A stretch of 64,000 nt of DNA from Candidatus Bathyarchaeota archaeon (GTDB lineage Archaea; Thermoproteota; Bathyarchaeia; Bathyarchaeales; Bathycorpusculaceae). Positions 62,364 through 64,000 of the stretch are shown here, one piece after another (position 1 is the first letter of the stretch; every line of letters starts with the position of its first letter). Position numbers and translations under genes: made by a program. The notes under the pieces are model-generated. The model did no database searches and had not been told where the DNA came from. It saw only the letters and a program-made list of their open reading frames with translations. The stretch lies in assembly GCA_963768425.1 (NCBI GenBank), contig CAVYHV010000010.1:115193-179192 (forward strand), given 5' to 3'.

Positions 62364-63807
62364 CTACAGGTATCTACCTTTACACAATTTAGCGGTTTTT
62401 CGATGCCCAAGTATTACAGCAACAGAAAGCATACCAATTAACAAGGGTATAACTGCTAACAATGAAAACTCTGGAACGGCAGGTGTTGCGGTAGGCGTTG
62501 GAATAGTGGTTGGCGAAGGAGTTGGTGTCTTGGACGTAGAAGATGCTGGAGATGCAGTTGAGCTTTGAGTGAAAGAAGGTGATAGAGTTGGCGTCGCCGA
62601 TAACGAAATCTCCGACAAAGGTTCCATGGCAGTAAAATTTGACGATGCTTCTGGATTTGATTCGGTTAGAAAAGGAACGAATGTAACTACTCCCAAGTTG
62701 GAATCGTTCTTAAAATCATATATTGATTGGTTGATTGCTTGTTGGTCCGTTGTTCCCCACCAGTTGTTTGAGGCGTCAAATCCTCTTGAATGACCTGAAT
62801 AATCTGTCGCCAGTTCAATGTTTAGATTGTTTAGTATGTTATTGTTTACGATAGTGGGCATGTAGGAGTTTGAAACATAGATTCCAACCGTGTTTCCGAT
62901 TATGGTGTTATTCTGTATGGTCAAGGAAGCCGGTATGTTGCCGACATTCGGACTGAATATTTGAATCCCATACGTACTGTCCGAAATCACGTTATTTTCG
63001 ATTAAGAGTTGCCCGCCATCATCACCTTCAAACCAAATGCTACAAGGATTAGAAGGACCGCTAAGATTCCAATAGTTGAAGATGTCATTGTTTATAATTT
63101 CGCTTTCTCCACCTGAGAACACGATAGACGCAAATCCAATTTCATTATGAACTATGAACAGTTTCCACCATTCACATAAACCAAACAAGAGATGGAATTA
63201 TCGTAAACTTGAGAGAAACCTTCCGATATGGAAAGCTCGCCACCCATAAACCCATCATTGTTTATTCTGACTGAAGAGTTTATATCTATTTCAACTTGGT
63301 TAACAAGAGCGTATTCTATTATAGAACCTGAATTAGTAGCGTTATCCCACCCAACGCTAAAGGTGAAAAAATAATTCTTGAATAACAGACTGCCCCCAAC
63401 GGTGTGGCACTACTCATGTTACCGTTAACGTAAATGTGTGCTCCATTGGGGTCTTCTCCATTCGCAGACAAAACACCGTTGACCAATATGTAGGCGTTGG
63501 CATTTCCCATGTTTATTGTTACCCTTTGCTGGACAATTAGTGAGCCATTCACTATTATGCAAAATCCGTTGAGATTTATTGTGGTTCCAGCTCCAATTGT
63601 AAGTGTCACCGCGCTATCTACCAAAACATTATCCGTAAGATTGTAAGGACTACCTGCTAATACCCATGTATAGTCGGAACTGATTATTCCGCTGACATTA
63701 GTGCCACTTTGAGCAAAACCGTTTCGCATAAAAACTGCTAATGGCAGACTTAATAGGGCTAAAAGTAAAACAGTGCCCAGTAAAGAAATCTTGCTTACTC
63801 TACCCAT
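62364..63807 (-). pseudogene. Secreted right-handed beta-helix (NosD-like) protein with PEF-CTERM-like tail, frameshifted
   Basis: Signal peptide, GTNVSGII...W...GSPY.L, NN.I repeats, NNWWGT, VPEFS + TM; split near 63.2-63.4 kb. Confidence 0.8.
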
Positions 63808-64000
63808 AACTAATTACTTGATAGAGTTGACGATAAAAGGCTATTCGTAAGTAAGCATAAAATATTTCTTGTGATTTAGATAGCTATATGTTCAGAAAAA
63901 TTTAGTTGATGATACGTCTTAAATCTGTATAGTGTATGAATAGAATACAGGTCAAGCCAAAGATGTCGAGAACTGAGACCGCCTTACCCATTCTTGTTGG

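Noticed and set aside
1-64000. tRNA or rRNA genes
   Set aside because: No cloverleaf or rRNA-like GC-rich segment recognised by eye; a covariance-model scan was not possible.

Overview
Archaeal chromosomal window, most likely Bathyarchaeia. This is inferred from a CdvB/ESCRT-III, a single-OB SSB with RGG tail, a Zn-ribbon Cren7-like protein, L35Ae, aIF1A/aIF2alpha, PEF-CTERM-type surface proteins and a large PAS/GAF kinase. Layout: (1) 1-10 kb, arsenic/redox island (acr3 3' end, MIP channel, ferredoxins, tandem ArsC, decayed arsC duplicate) with secreted beta-propellers. (2) 10.0-11.2 kb, an unexplained non-coding array of four ~185-bp units, each a conserved core plus a 10-bp-period tandem repeat (three distinct repeat types), tied to remnants of a putative AbrB-like gene; this is the most unusual feature. 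(3) 11-25 kb, housekeeping (cdvB, NDP-sugar synthase, endA, frameshifted glyS, malic enzyme, ssb, mscL). (4) 25-30 kb, translation-factor and Zn-finger micro-protein cluster. (5) 30-36 kb, fragmented CheB-CheR-PAS-GAF histidine kinase. (6) 36-47 kb, ArsR/Fe-S/redox genes. (7) 47-54 kb, hisS block, MinD/ParA and HTH genes. (8) 55-64 kb, surface-protein island with an IS1182 element (TIRs and 4-bp TSD visible). No rRNA, tRNA or CRISPR array was recognised. Several frameshifts, including one in the essential glyS, suggest some assembly indels. All family calls are from motif recognition by eye, not database searches.
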